Assembly (NCBI GenBank): GCA_964518475.1
Contig: CAZFGR010000003.1
Span: forward strand, 1-64,000
Origin: an uncultured Nitrososphaerota archaeon
Lineage (GTDB): Archaea; Asgardarchaeota; Njordarchaeia; Njordarchaeales; Njordarchaeaceae
DNA: 64,000 bases
Direction of reading: 5' to 3'
Of the stretch, positions 20,135 through 30,716 are shown piece after piece; within the stretch, counting starts at the first letter, position 1, and the number at the start of each line of letters is the position of its first letter. Under the pieces are notes generated by a model. The model saw nothing but the letters and a program-made list of their open reading frames with translations. It was not told the DNA's origin and did not search any database. The translations under genes and the position numbers were made by a program.

Positions 20135-20599
20135 TTAAATTAGTTCAAGTTCTTCGAGGACTTTTACTAACTCATCCTTCTCTTTTTTCAATTCTTCTTC
20201 CTTCACTTCTTCTCCAGTTTTGAGGGTGGCTATAAAGGAAGAAGGCGCTCTTTCTTCAATCTTTGACTCGGTTTCTGCGGTTTCCCTTTCTATTGGGGGT
20301 GCTGGGGGCGGTTCTGGAGGTGGACCTCCGAGGGCTTCCAGTAGACCCAATTCCTTCGCCAAATCAGAGAATTCTTCCTCTTCGGTGTATCCTGAAGTAG
20401 CTTTTCTTGCTGGTAACGCAGTTGGGCTTGGCTTAGCAGGTAAGCTCTCTAAAGCTCTTATTCTATTTTCTAATTCTTTGAGTTTTTTCTCCATGTCTTC
20501 TACGCGTTGTTCAAGATTTTCAGTCTTTTGAGCTACTTTGATCAAATAATCCCTTAGTTTAAGCACAAACTCTTGGATTGGTACCTTTTTTCTCGGCAA
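20135..20599 (-). CDS. hypothetical coiled-coil, proline-rich, acidic protein
   Basis: Heptad repeats LEQRVEDMEKKLKELENRIRALE; PPPEPPPAPP; TTG start after GGGG. Confidence 0.65.
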   Translation of the reverse strand: MPRKKVPIQEFVLKLRDYLIKVAQKTENLEQRVEDMEKKLKELENRIRALESLPAKPSPTALPARKATSGYTEEEEFSDLAKELGLLEALGGPPPEPPPAPPIERETAETESKIEERAPSSFIATLKTGEEVKEEELKKEKDELVKVLEELELI

Positions 20600-20843
20600 G
20601 ACTATAACCCCTAAGTAATTTCACATAAATGCTGATTAAAGTAAAAGCTCCGTTAGATAAAAAAGACTGCAAAGTATATTATAAAAAGATCACTAGTATG
20701 TTTGCCACATCCTCGTTAAGTAATTAAAAATTAAATATATTAAGCTTATTCGCTTCAACAAAATATTTTTCCTGAAACTAGCATATACATCACGTTATGG
20801 TGCATTCCTCGGAGGCATTTTCCTCTCTTCAGGACAGAAAAGA

Positions 20844-21659
20844 TCATGTAAATAATTGCGATAAATCTTCCTTTTTCTCGGCTTCCATTGATGCCTTAGT
20901 CAGCTTTTCTTGCATTTTGCGAATCATTTCCTCAGTAGTTCTAAGTTCTTCTTCTATCTCAAGTAAATCAACGGATAGATTGAGCAATTCTTTTATCTTC
21001 TTAGCTAGATCTAAGGCAGCCTGCCTGTTTATAATACCTTTCTCTGTCGGTGCAAATAGAGCTGCTGCTGGTATTTTTCGGTGGGTAGCATAAGATAAGA
21101 ACAGTGCAACACCGCCAGTTACATAGATTCCTCGAGGTGCTGGATGAAGATTTAATTGCCTCAGTTTATCAGACCAGTTCTTCAGGAATTCCTCGTTTGC
21201 TATGTATACTATTGGAGGATTTTCATGGTCCTCGAAAGCGTTAATATCGACTCCACCAAGAAGAATTATTGCTGAGACACCTTGTTCCTTCGCAAATTGA
21301 GTTAGTAAATCAGCAATTACAGCTTGCTCTTCCAGAAATGGCTGGAATCTAATGAGAAGAAAGACAGCATTATCTACTTCATAAAATTCATAAGGATTGC
21401 CAAAGGAACCATTCTGGAGAACTTCAACAAAGGGTGGCATTGTACGGCCTATTAGGTACCCCATCTTTTTAGCTTTTCCTTGTTTTAAGCCGCTCTCGAC
21501 TATGTAGCGAATTGTTAGATGGCCGATTCCTCCTAAACCATGAAAGCCGGTTAAGAGTACTTTATTTGCTAGATTTGCGTCTTCTCGTAAGTTAATAATT
21601 AATTCCTTGGTGTCTCCAATGATCTGTTTAGTGTTCACATTGTTTCTCAAGTTAAACAC
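20844..21659 (-). CDS. PAC2 family proteasome assembly chaperone
   Basis: GFHGLGGIG, ILLGG, GIYVTGG..L, C-terminal YI-like LFT end. Confidence 0.85.
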   Translation of the reverse strand: MFNLRNNVNTKQIIGDTKELIINLREDANLANKVLLTGFHGLGGIGHLTIRYIVESGLKQGKAKKMGYLIGRTMPPFVEVLQNGSFGNPYEFYEVDNAVFLLIRFQPFLEEQAVIADLLTQFAKEQGVSAIILLGGVDINAFEDHENPPIVYIANEEFLKNWSDKLRQLNLHPAPRGIYVTGGVALFLSYATHRKIPAAALFAPTEKGIINRQAALDLAKKIKELLNLSVDLLEIEEELRTTEEMIRKMQEKLTKASMEAEKKEDLSQLFT

Positions 21660-21747
21660 CTGCTTTTTAATCCTTTCAAGATAGCGACATAATATATTTA
21701 AGAGATAGTGCTCTAGAGAGTTTGATAAACCTGCTGAAAAATATTAT

Positions 21748-23964
21748 CTATTGGAATAGATGTTTCCATACTTTCTTAACAATACTTCGCATCTTCAAAA
21801 TCTCTCTTATAGTGAGGCGGGAATTCTGGAGGATTCCTTTAATGAGTATTATTTCCTCATTGGGCTCCAGAAAATCGAGATTTTTTCCGAAATATATTCT
21901 AACTAGGATACGAATCGCATCACTAGCAGATTCAAAATGTAAGACATCACGCATGTATAAATTAAGTCTAAAGAGTTGTGAGTTAGACAACGTCTCAAGG
22001 GAATCTAACTGAACACTAGACTTAAGGACTAATCTAGCACTTTCTGGATCTAATCGTCTAAAGATACTAGCAAGTTCTTCTAATAACCTTTTCTTCAACT
22101 CCTTATTTACGCTTTCAAATACCTCTTGGGATGTAAGAGCTAAGGCTTTGGCTACAATAATAGTATGTTCTCCAGTAGTCTTATTTACTACCGGACTTAA
22201 ATGAACGGGAAGATAATTGTTTTTAAGCCAGAATGATAACAATTCTGGATAACAACCAAATCCAGCAGCTATCCATTTAACTCCTTTTCTAGCTCCTTCA
22301 TCTTCCATTTTTTTAAGTGCGAGACTTCCAAGGCCTCTTCTAAATAGTTTAGGATGCGTAGCTATTCTGACAATTCTCCAACCTTTAAGAGTCGGAAACT
22401 CGATCTCTCCATAATATTTAAAAATTTTGTCTGGTACAATATGGCTGGAAGGAGCTGTGGTGTATAATAGGGAAATTTCATCCTCTTTTAGGCCTCCTTC
22501 TTCACATACCTGAATAGCAACTAGAACTTTATCATTAACAATTAGAGCATATGCTCTATGGTGTGGTGCATCAGCTAACAAAAGGGCATCTTTAGGATTA
22601 TTTCTATAGTGGGCGGTCACTAGTATACCAAAAAATTCATTGAGTAGTCTCTCATAAGTCTCATCTAAGAATAAGAGGAATGGATCCAATTCTTGTAATC
22701 GTGCTTTATCAATCTCTTTAAGGTCATTTTCAGAAACTTCTGCGGGTTCCGCGTCCAGTAAAAGGGTTTTAAATAACCATTTTTCAACGGGATCATTAAC
22801 TGCATACCTAATAGGAGTCTCCAAAGTTAACCATTTTATATTCTTTCGTGTTTTTTCCAGTAGAGGGAGGAAACGGACAGAAAAAGTTCTTCCAGCACCT
22901 TCATACCCATGAATAGTCGTCGAAAAAATGATCTTTTCTTTTTTTTCTACAATCTTTCTTAACAGTGGGAATTGTATTCCTGCAGCTTCATCAACAACTA
23001 TAAGATCGGAACTTGCTCGTATAATATCATAGGGGGTTAAATATTCCGCTACAATAAACTTACTAGAAAATCTTCCGTTGCCTAGGTGATATTGCATAGA
23101 GAGTTTCTCGTGAGCTATTGATAGAAATCTAAAAATTTCATCAGTATTCTCTTTCTCGGGAGCTGTTATATTTACTCTCAAAGCTCTCTTTTCCCGCTTG
23201 AAAAACTCCAGCGCAATACCTGTTAGAGCAATACCTATTAGCGCGGATTTCCCTCTCCCTCTATCTGCAGTTATCAAGTAAGCATCCATAGTTTCATATT
23301 TTTCAAACTCTCTTAGCGCATCTACTTGATCCTGCGTGGCACAGAGCTGATAAAGAGCTTCATCGAAAATATGCGACGCTGGAATCGAAACATTATTATG
23401 AATACGATTTCTATGAAGTTCAGTGCAGCTTTTTTCATTATCTGGAACTTTAATAAAGCTGAACGAATAGCTGGAATATACGTATATACCTGGCATCTTA
23501 AGAGCAAACTTAAGAAGTCTACGGCGCAAAACATCACGAGGAGCGCGCTTTTCTCCAAGGGGAACTAGTTCTTCTAAGTATTTCCTAGAGTTCTTATAAT
23601 TTAGAGGAAGCATAAGAAAAATCAATCCTCCACCCCTAACAGTTTCTACAGCACGGCTCATGGAGATGACATCGGGATACCATCTAAGGTCTATGAGTGC
23701 ATTATCAAACGTTTTACCTAAAATTCTCTTAGTGTCTCGATGCCCAACAAAGAAAACCTCAGCTGATAATAAATTAGGAATCCGCCTATCGTCCGAGACA
23801 ACAAGAGATGACTCTGTTAAGAAATGATTAAGTCCATCAGCAACGATCTTCTCTATTAAGTTATTGCCAAGAATTATTATTAATCGACGTTCAAAGGAGT
23901 TCTCAGCAAATTTTTTAGCATTTTGTAAGACATTTAGAAAGTTCTCCAGATCCACGTCTAGCAC
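21748..23964 (-). CDS. tmcA: tRNA/rRNA cytidine acetyltransferase TmcA/Nat10
   Basis: TADRGRGKS, VDEAA, STTIHGYEGAGRTF, AHYRNNP, RIVRIATHP. Confidence 0.95.
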   Translation of the reverse strand: MLDVDLENFLNVLQNAKKFAENSFERRLIIILGNNLIEKIVADGLNHFLTESSLVVSDDRRIPNLLSAEVFFVGHRDTKRILGKTFDNALIDLRWYPDVISMSRAVETVRGGGLIFLMLPLNYKNSRKYLEELVPLGEKRAPRDVLRRRLLKFALKMPGIYVYSSYSFSFIKVPDNEKSCTELHRNRIHNNVSIPASHIFDEALYQLCATQDQVDALREFEKYETMDAYLITADRGRGKSALIGIALTGIALEFFKREKRALRVNITAPEKENTDEIFRFLSIAHEKLSMQYHLGNGRFSSKFIVAEYLTPYDIIRASSDLIVVDEAAGIQFPLLRKIVEKKEKIIFSTTIHGYEGAGRTFSVRFLPLLEKTRKNIKWLTLETPIRYAVNDPVEKWLFKTLLLDAEPAEVSENDLKEIDKARLQELDPFLLFLDETYERLLNEFFGILVTAHYRNNPKDALLLADAPHHRAYALIVNDKVLVAIQVCEEGGLKEDEISLLYTTAPSSHIVPDKIFKYYGEIEFPTLKGWRIVRIATHPKLFRRGLGSLALKKMEDEGARKGVKWIAAGFGCYPELLSFWLKNNYLPVHLSPVVNKTTGEHTIIVAKALALTSQEVFESVNKELKKRLLEELASIFRRLDPESARLVLKSSVQLDSLETLSNSQLFRLNLYMRDVLHFESASDAIRILVRIYFGKNLDFLEPNEEIILIKGILQNSRLTIREILKMRSIVKKVWKHLFQ

Positions 23965-24210
23965 CCGATGAGTCTTATGTGTCGCTTATAGTGGGTTAAG
24001 TGTTCTCCATAAGTAGTAATGGTATTAATACTCTATCACAGGGGTTTAAAAATATCATTCTCTAAATGTAGTTTATTATTTGTTGTGTTTTATTTGGCGA
24101 ATGTTTTATATAGTTTTTGTCTCGGTTTACTTCACGATATAGGATAATTATTTCTATAATATTTGGGGGTTGCCTAAAAAACAACAAAATCTAAAATAGT
24201 GGTGAATTTC

Positions 24211-25851
24211 ATGGGCGCCGAACCAAAAGCAATACCTGTACTAATTCTTAAAGAAGGAACTGCCAGAACAAAAGGTAGAGAAGCCCTATTTAACAATATT
24301 CTTGCAGCTAAGGTGTTAGCCGAAATTATGAGAACAAGCCTTGGTCCCAAAGGAATGGATAAAATGCTAGTGGATCAGTTTGGTGACATTGTAATCACGA
24401 ACGATGGAGCAACAATACTTGATGAAATAGACATTGTACATCCTGGAGCAAAATTCGTGGCAAAAATCGCTAAATCTCAAGATATTGAAGTCGGAGACGG
24501 AACAACAACGGCTGTAGTTCTCGCGGGAGAGCTCCTTAAAGAAGCAGAGGACTTATTAAGAGAGGATATTCATCCTACGATAATAATTGACGGTTATCAG
24601 AAGGCAATGAAGAAAGCTCTAGAAATTCTAGATGAAATAGCAATTCCCGTTGATACAAAGAACAAGGAGGAAGTAAAAAAGATCGCAAAGACATCTGTGG
24701 CTAGCAAGATACTCGCAAACGTAGCGGATCATTTCGCAGAAATGGCCATTAAGGCTGTGGAAACTGTTATGAGGGAAGAGAACGGCAAAATAGTGATTCC
24801 TATAGATGATATAAAGATAGAGAAGAAAGAGGGTGGGTCTCTAGAGGATTCAGAGTTGATCGATGGTCTGGTAATTGACAAAGAAGTAGTCCACCACAGA
24901 ATGCCTAAGAGAGTTGAAAATGCCAAAATTGCTCTAATAGCATACTCTCTGGAACTAGAGAAACCCGAATTCGCTGATGTAAACGTCATGATGGATGCTC
25001 AAATGATCGATTCTCTTCTTTCATGGGAGAAAGAGAAGCTGAAAGAAATGGCTGAAAAAATAATCAATAGCGGAGCAAATGTTATATTCTGTCAGAAAGG
25101 AATAGATGACATTGTGCAGCACTATCTTGCAAAACACGGAATAATGGCCATTAGAAGGGTCAAGAAGAGCGATATGGAGAAACTAGCAAAAGCTACAGGG
25201 GCTAAGATAATAATGAATGATGACTTCTTAACACCAGAGGCATTAGGTTACGCAAAAGTTGTAGAGGAACGAAAAATAGGAGACGAAAACATGATCTTTG
25301 TCAGAGGATGCAAGAATCCAAGATCTGTAAGCATTCTGATTAGAGGAGGAACAAAATTAACAATAGAAGAAGCTGAAAGATCGCTTAAGGACATGCTAAA
25401 CACTGTCCGGAACATCTATCTAGAACCCAAGGTTGTTGCAGCAGGTGGAGCGCCTGAAGTCCAAATCGCTGTAAGACTAGAGAAATTCGCAGACGAGGTA
25501 GGTGGAAAAGAGAGCAAAGCTATCAGGGCGTTTGCTAGAGCCATACTTGGTATCCCCGCAGCCCTAATTGAGACAGCGGGTCTTGATGTCATTGAAACAC
25601 TAGAGAAACTAAGAACTCATCATGTAAGAGGCGAGACAACATATGGAATCGACGTTAGAGACGGACAAGTAAAGGATATGGTTAAAGCTGGGGTCTTAGA
25701 CCCAGTTATTGTCAAGAAGAATGCTATCAAAGCAGCTACTGAAGCTGCTACGATGATACTCCGGATTGATGACATTATTGCAGCCAAAGAAGCATTTGAA
25801 TCGAAGAAAGAGGAAACAACACCCAAAGGTGGCGAGGAAGAATTCGACTAA
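24211..25851 (+). CDS. ths: thermosome (group II chaperonin) subunit
   Basis: LGPKGMDKML, TNDGATIL, GDGTTT, ILRIDD. Confidence 0.97.
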   Translation: MGAEPKAIPVLILKEGTARTKGREALFNNILAAKVLAEIMRTSLGPKGMDKMLVDQFGDIVITNDGATILDEIDIVHPGAKFVAKIAKSQDIEVGDGTTTAVVLAGELLKEAEDLLREDIHPTIIIDGYQKAMKKALEILDEIAIPVDTKNKEEVKKIAKTSVASKILANVADHFAEMAIKAVETVMREENGKIVIPIDDIKIEKKEGGSLEDSELIDGLVIDKEVVHHRMPKRVENAKIALIAYSLELEKPEFADVNVMMDAQMIDSLLSWEKEKLKEMAEKIINSGANVIFCQKGIDDIVQHYLAKHGIMAIRRVKKSDMEKLAKATGAKIIMNDDFLTPEALGYAKVVEERKIGDENMIFVRGCKNPRSVSILIRGGTKLTIEEAERSLKDMLNTVRNIYLEPKVVAAGGAPEVQIAVRLEKFADEVGGKESKAIRAFARAILGIPAALIETAGLDVIETLEKLRTHHVRGETTYGIDVRDGQVKDMVKAGVLDPVIVKKNAIKAATEAATMILRIDDIIAAKEAFESKKEETTPKGGEEEFD

Positions 25852-26001
25852 AAGGCTTAGATTAAAAAACGTAATGCAAAACTTTTTAACTTCTTTTGAA
25901 GGGATAGTGCCACTTCTAATTTTTTTCGAATTTTTTGCTTTTATTTTTAATAAACGTGAAAGAAAAAGTTATTCAACTTTTTCTTACGTAGTATTTCTGC
26001 T

Positions 26002-27144
26002 TCAAATAACTATTGTTTCGTTTTCGATTCGCGCAAAACCGAGTTCGCCATCAGCGAATCCTAGGATGACATTTATTATGTCTTTTTCGGTTAATAGGTC
26101 AATGCTCCATATTGGTTTATCAAATTTAGTAATCTTCTGTTCTTTTAGTGAATTTTCCAGAGAGAAGAGATATAATCTCTTACCAGAAATTACTAGTAAA
26201 AACTTCTTTCCATTCTCTTCGATTAATCTAAAGTCTTTTATCCAGCCTTTTGTGGTTGTCTTAGCTATCACTTCTCCATTATTATTTAAGATGAATATCG
26301 GTGAAATGCTCTTCTTCGATATGTCTTCCTCACCAGCTTGACACCCAACTATGAATTCCAGTTCTCCATCGTTATTTATATCGTTGATTAATACGCGACG
26401 CCAAGTTAATGGAATTCCAATAAATTGAGACCAGATTTTTTCGCCATTGATTTTTCTTAAGGAGATTTTCCCTTTTCTATCTCCTATAATAAGGAGTAAC
26501 TCCTTTTTTCCCCGCTCGATAAATCGGATAAATGCTGGATTGTTATCGATTCTGAATTCATGTTCTATCTCGGGAACTATTTCATGCTTTGAGAAACTCA
26601 GAGAGTAAACAGTTATCTTCCTACTACCTATATCCGCTACGGCTAGGAGTATTTCTCGATCATAGGAGTGTAAAGTAGCTTCTACGGGTGTTCCGTCGCG
26701 AGGTATTATCTTCTTAGAGATTATTCCCCCCTTCTTCTCATAAATCATTAATAATAGGTTTCCTGATACACCTGATATTACGATATCATAATTACCACTA
26801 TTGAACACCTTAATGAAAGTAGTTCCACCAAAAGTTTGACTAGATATTTTTTCTTCTTCTAGCAATTCTAATGTGGGAGAAAGAGTATAGATCACACCTC
26901 CTTTACGAGCTCCTCCAATAAGAATTCTAGTAATGTTTTTTAATTCCCTAGTTTGTGAGGGAAGAACAGCTAAAGAATCTAACTCAATGGGTTCTGGAAG
27001 TCTAACTAGATCTGCTATTGATGAATCCCATGAGGTTATCCCTATTCTTTTATCGTAACTACTGGCTATCACTCCTAGGTGCTCATCAATAAAAACTCCG
27101 TATACGTTCGAAATAATATCTGTGAAGGGCCGCCAGAGAGGCAA
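26002..27144 (-). CDS. beta-propeller protein (WD/PQQ-like, one FG-GAP calcium blade), no signal peptide
   Basis: Repeated beta-blades (ASSYDKRI, GDRKGKI, GFADGEL) and DINNDGELEFIVG. Confidence 0.7.
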   Translation of the reverse strand: MPLWRPFTDIISNVYGVFIDEHLGVIASSYDKRIGITSWDSSIADLVRLPEPIELDSLAVLPSQTRELKNITRILIGGARKGGVIYTLSPTLELLEEEKISSQTFGGTTFIKVFNSGNYDIVISGVSGNLLLMIYEKKGGIISKKIIPRDGTPVEATLHSYDREILLAVADIGSRKITVYSLSFSKHEIVPEIEHEFRIDNNPAFIRFIERGKKELLLIIGDRKGKISLRKINGEKIWSQFIGIPLTWRRVLINDINNDGELEFIVGCQAGEEDISKKSISPIFILNNNGEVIAKTTTKGWIKDFRLIEENGKKFLLVISGKRLYLFSLENSLKEQKITKFDKPIWSIDLLTEKDIINVILGFADGELGFARIENETIVI

Positions 27145-27288
27145 TTTCTACACCACGTTTTTTCAGATGTAAAATGTGCGAAGAATATATAGCTACGCAA
27201 GAGAAGAGATTTAAATCGTTTTCCCCAATAGTATACATCTCATTGTTTCGTGTTTTAATAAGATTTTTGATGGTTGGGGTGTATAGTT

Positions 27289-27717
27289 TTGGTATCGGAG
27301 GGTTCTAGAGATCAAGACATAGTAGAAGAAATCCCCCTCACTTTATGGGAAGTAGTCGAATTATTGGAGAAAAGGAAGAAAAATAAGCACTGGGAGAGTA
27401 CTGATCAACGAAGAGTTTATGAGTATGCTACACAAATGGCGAAACTATCAAAAGATGACTCTGAAAAATTATTAAAAACGCTAATTTCGCAATTCAATAT
27501 ACCTAGGATAATAGCAGTCCAAATAGTCAATATCTTGCCAGTAACGATAGAGGAATTAGAACCTTTTCTTAAACAACTAGAGAAGAGAGGTGTGAAGCTG
27601 GAGGGAGAAAAACGTGAAAAATTTTTGAGAGAATTATTAGGGGTATTAAGGGAATACTGGAAGCGATCAAAGGAAGTTACAGAGGAGGAAGAAAGCGAAG
27701 AAACGAATACGACTTAA
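27289..27717 (+). CDS. rpo4: RNA polymerase subunit Rpo4 (RpoF)
   Basis: EE.PLTL.EV.ELL, Q.R..EY, A.QIVNILP.T.EEL. Confidence 0.85.
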   Translation: MVSEGSRDQDIVEEIPLTLWEVVELLEKRKKNKHWESTDQRRVYEYATQMAKLSKDDSEKLLKTLISQFNIPRIIAVQIVNILPVTIEELEPFLKQLEKRGVKLEGEKREKFLRELLGVLREYWKRSKEVTEEEESEETNTT

Positions 27718-28009
27718 AAATAAGATGTGCCTTAGCATAAAACTGTGAAAAATTTCTGGTATAAGAAACAGGCTATAACCCTATACTGTCTGACTATTCG
27801 ATAGCCCTTTTATATGTTTTTGGCTAGAGTTAGTAATTTAAGGGGCTATGTTAAGAATGATAATGATAGAGAGTTTGCTCTTTAAAGAATTTAAAAATGG
27901 ATTAAAAAGAAAATGTGATTAGTGTCTCTAAAAGTAACGTTTATGGAGCTTGATTTCTTTGGTATCAAAAAGACATTAAACGCATTGCTGATGTATAAGG
28001 GGTATACTA

Positions 28010-28462
28010 ATGAGGCGTTTCGCGAGGATAGATCCCGAAGAATTCTGGAGAGTATGGCAAAAACTTCTTAGAGAAATAGATGACGGAGCCGCGATAATAG
28101 TAGAAGGTAAACACGATTACGAAGTTCTTAGAGAATTATTTATTGATGGTAAAATTTACGTATGTAGCCAACTGGGTTTCGCAAATACGGCAGATATAGC
28201 GGCTAGCGAGGGAGTACGAAGAGTAGTTATATTGACCGACTTTGATAAGAAGGGAGAAGAAGAGGCTTGGAAACTAGCTTTCTTCCTGAGAAATGTTGGT
28301 ATAGAAGTATTAGATGGCCTACGTAGAGAAATCAAAAAAGTTTTGAGAGGTGTAGAATGTATTGAAGATTTGCGTTTTTATGTTGATTTCCTGAAAGAAA
28401 AATCCCCTTTTGAAATATATGTAAGGTCAGAGAGGGGATTATTCTTCATGAAGTCTCAGTGA
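28010..28462 (+). CDS. small Toprim-domain protein (UPF0292/RNase M5-like)
   Basis: IIVEGKHD, ILTDFDKKGE. Confidence 0.87.
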   Translation: MRRFARIDPEEFWRVWQKLLREIDDGAAIIVEGKHDYEVLRELFIDGKIYVCSQLGFANTADIAASEGVRRVVILTDFDKKGEEEAWKLAFFLRNVGIEVLDGLRREIKKVLRGVECIEDLRFYVDFLKEKSPFEIYVRSERGLFFMKSQ

Positions 28463-28478
28463 GATCCCGGATCATCAT
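28427..28478 (-). ncRNA. C/D box guide sRNA
   Basis: Minus strand: C ATGATGA - TCCGGGATCTCA - D' CTGA - C' ATGAAGA - ATAATCCCCTCT - D CTGA; two 12-nt guides. Confidence 0.8.
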
Positions 28479-30577
28479 CCTGAATAAGATTTTGTGGATG
28501 CAAGTATCTTTATAATTTCTTCTTTTGGAAGACCCACTCTCTCTGCTGTTGTCTCTAGCGCTTTATCTTTAGGTATGCCAGAGTTAATGAGTCTCTGAAC
28601 TCTCTCCTTTATTTTGGAACGATTAATGACTAGAATTTCAAGGGGAATTTTCAGTTCATGTTCCTTTTCACCTTTATATTTTACAGTAAGCATGAATAGA
28701 ACTGGCACCTTATAGCCTTCTAGATTTTTAACTTTGAAGGGTATTTTTAACGTTTTTTTGTCGCCCGGATTTATGTGGAACGCATTATTTCCTAAAAGTT
28801 TTATTGGTGGACTAGTATCTACGGTTATGTTTAGTTTAGCATTTGAGGTATTTGTGAGAGAAAGATCTAAGGAGTCCTCATCATAATAAGCGTTTTTAGT
28901 TATGGTCTTTGCTTCGATTGCTCTTTTGCATATTAAAAGGATGTCTCTTGTTCTAGTATTACTATCGATACTTAATCTTAACACCATTTTTTCGAAGTCA
29001 ACTGGGTAGAGCTGCGAGAGTTTAATCGCTTTGCTATTTTTGTACACACTACTTTTAATAAGGAAGAAGCTAGACTCTACTGAGAAGCCCTTTAGATTAG
29101 GGATCTTCATGCGAATTATATCTTCATCATGAACAAGTAGCGCTATTGTTTTTTCCGAGATTGTACCTCTAGACGCTACTATAATCTGTCTATCTATTAG
29201 AGTTTCTCTGCGTTTTTTCTTCGCTAGAACTAATTTAACATAGCCAACATCCTCAGCTACAGCTTCACATAAATACTTACTAAAGGTTACATGTCCAATA
29301 GAATATTTCCTAGTTTTACTACTAAGTTTAGTAGCAGAAATTTTGAGGTTTTGACTGCCCTCTAAACGAATCCTACTCGCTCTAGAAGAGATGACATTTA
29401 TGTTAAATTTTTCACCTATGGGGATTATTCTCGGTGCATAAAGACGTGGGACATGAATCATTAAAGATACGTTCTCTCTGCCTGCCCTAACTATAATGTC
29501 TCCTTTACCATAGCCGAGAGCATCTCCTATTGTTAATCCCTTAGATGCTGGATAAGAATCCAGCGAGTATAGAGTTTTACTATTCTTTATGATAAGGAAA
29601 TTTTTCTCTATCCTATCGAGTAAAGTGAGAATTTCATCCTTACCGTCTCCATCTATATCTCCCGTCTTTATTTCAAGAATGTTACTACCTACATCAATTT
29701 TTGAAAGACTATGAACACTTAGTCTTTTCTTGGTCTGTGAAACATCAAACACATAAATTGTATCTTTTGTCCAGTCCGCAATAATTATCTCATCTAACAA
29801 GTCCCCATCTACATCCCCCGGTACTACAAAGAAGGGCTCCATGCCTTGGATAGTCTTTTTTATTAGAATCTTTCCCTGATTATCTATCAAATAGAAACCA
29901 CCAGAAAAACCTGCGAGTAGTAATGGACCAGCATCCCATAGAAAACGGCCAATCGTGAGACTATAACATTTGGCAGGGAGTTTTAAAGAACGTATTATGT
30001 GACCTCTTGCATCTATGGCTAATAAGTTTTGATTACTAGGTATTATGATTTCTGGCAATTTGTCTCCATTAATGTCAAAAGTTGCAAGAGGTGTAGGATG
30101 CGAGTAGCGTACATGACGGTTAAATAAAAGATCGCCTTTGTAATTGTACATCTGTAATGTACCTCTGCGAGTCAGTAGAATTATTTCTTCGATGCCGTCT
30201 CCGTTCACATCGGCCGTCTTAATATCTACGATCCAACTAGTGCTTTTCTTGGTCCAGAGGGGGGAGCCTCTTTTAATATCTAATAAAACAATGTGATTAT
30301 GAAATGAAGCTGCCAGATATTCTTCATTATTTGGTGCTCTCACTACGGCAAGGTTTTCAGCGGGTTGTTCATCTGTACTAATTTTAAAGGACCATATACG
30401 CGAACCATTTTCCCCCGATACGCAGTAAATTTTCCCATCCCATGATGAATATATTACACCTCTCTGTTCATTTTGGTCTGTAGGGATCGGATGTACAATT
30501 ATGTCTCTTATTAAATCGTTTGCTTTTGTTGTCCATATAGTCACTAGGGGCAAAGTAACTTCCTCCCTTGGAATCAA
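28475..30577 (-). CDS. FG-GAP/VCBS beta-propeller protein with C-terminal Ig-like domains and small helical tail, no signal peptide
   Basis: DVNGDGIEEII, DINGDKLPEII, DVDGDLLDEII, DIDGDGKDEIL blades in the first ~375 aa; beta-sandwich-like remainder. Confidence 0.8.
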   Translation of the reverse strand: MIPREEVTLPLVTIWTTKANDLIRDIIVHPIPTDQNEQRGVIYSSWDGKIYCVSGENGSRIWSFKISTDEQPAENLAVVRAPNNEEYLAASFHNHIVLLDIKRGSPLWTKKSTSWIVDIKTADVNGDGIEEIILLTRRGTLQMYNYKGDLLFNRHVRYSHPTPLATFDINGDKLPEIIIPSNQNLLAIDARGHIIRSLKLPAKCYSLTIGRFLWDAGPLLLAGFSGGFYLIDNQGKILIKKTIQGMEPFFVVPGDVDGDLLDEIIIADWTKDTIYVFDVSQTKKRLSVHSLSKIDVGSNILEIKTGDIDGDGKDEILTLLDRIEKNFLIIKNSKTLYSLDSYPASKGLTIGDALGYGKGDIIVRAGRENVSLMIHVPRLYAPRIIPIGEKFNINVISSRASRIRLEGSQNLKISATKLSSKTRKYSIGHVTFSKYLCEAVAEDVGYVKLVLAKKKRRETLIDRQIIVASRGTISEKTIALLVHDEDIIRMKIPNLKGFSVESSFFLIKSSVYKNSKAIKLSQLYPVDFEKMVLRLSIDSNTRTRDILLICKRAIEAKTITKNAYYDEDSLDLSLTNTSNAKLNITVDTSPPIKLLGNNAFHINPGDKKTLKIPFKVKNLEGYKVPVLFMLTVKYKGEKEHELKIPLEILVINRSKIKERVQRLINSGIPKDKALETTAERVGLPKEEIIKILASTKSYSG

Positions 30578-30716
30578 AATCTGGAATTTTTGCTAGAAAT
30601 CACACACTCTGATAGTGTTTCGAAGAGGATAGTCTCAGGAATAGTCTTTATTCTTCCGATGGAAATATATTGTGTATAAATCGGAAGTATAAATTATTTT
30701 AAAGTGAGTATACAAG

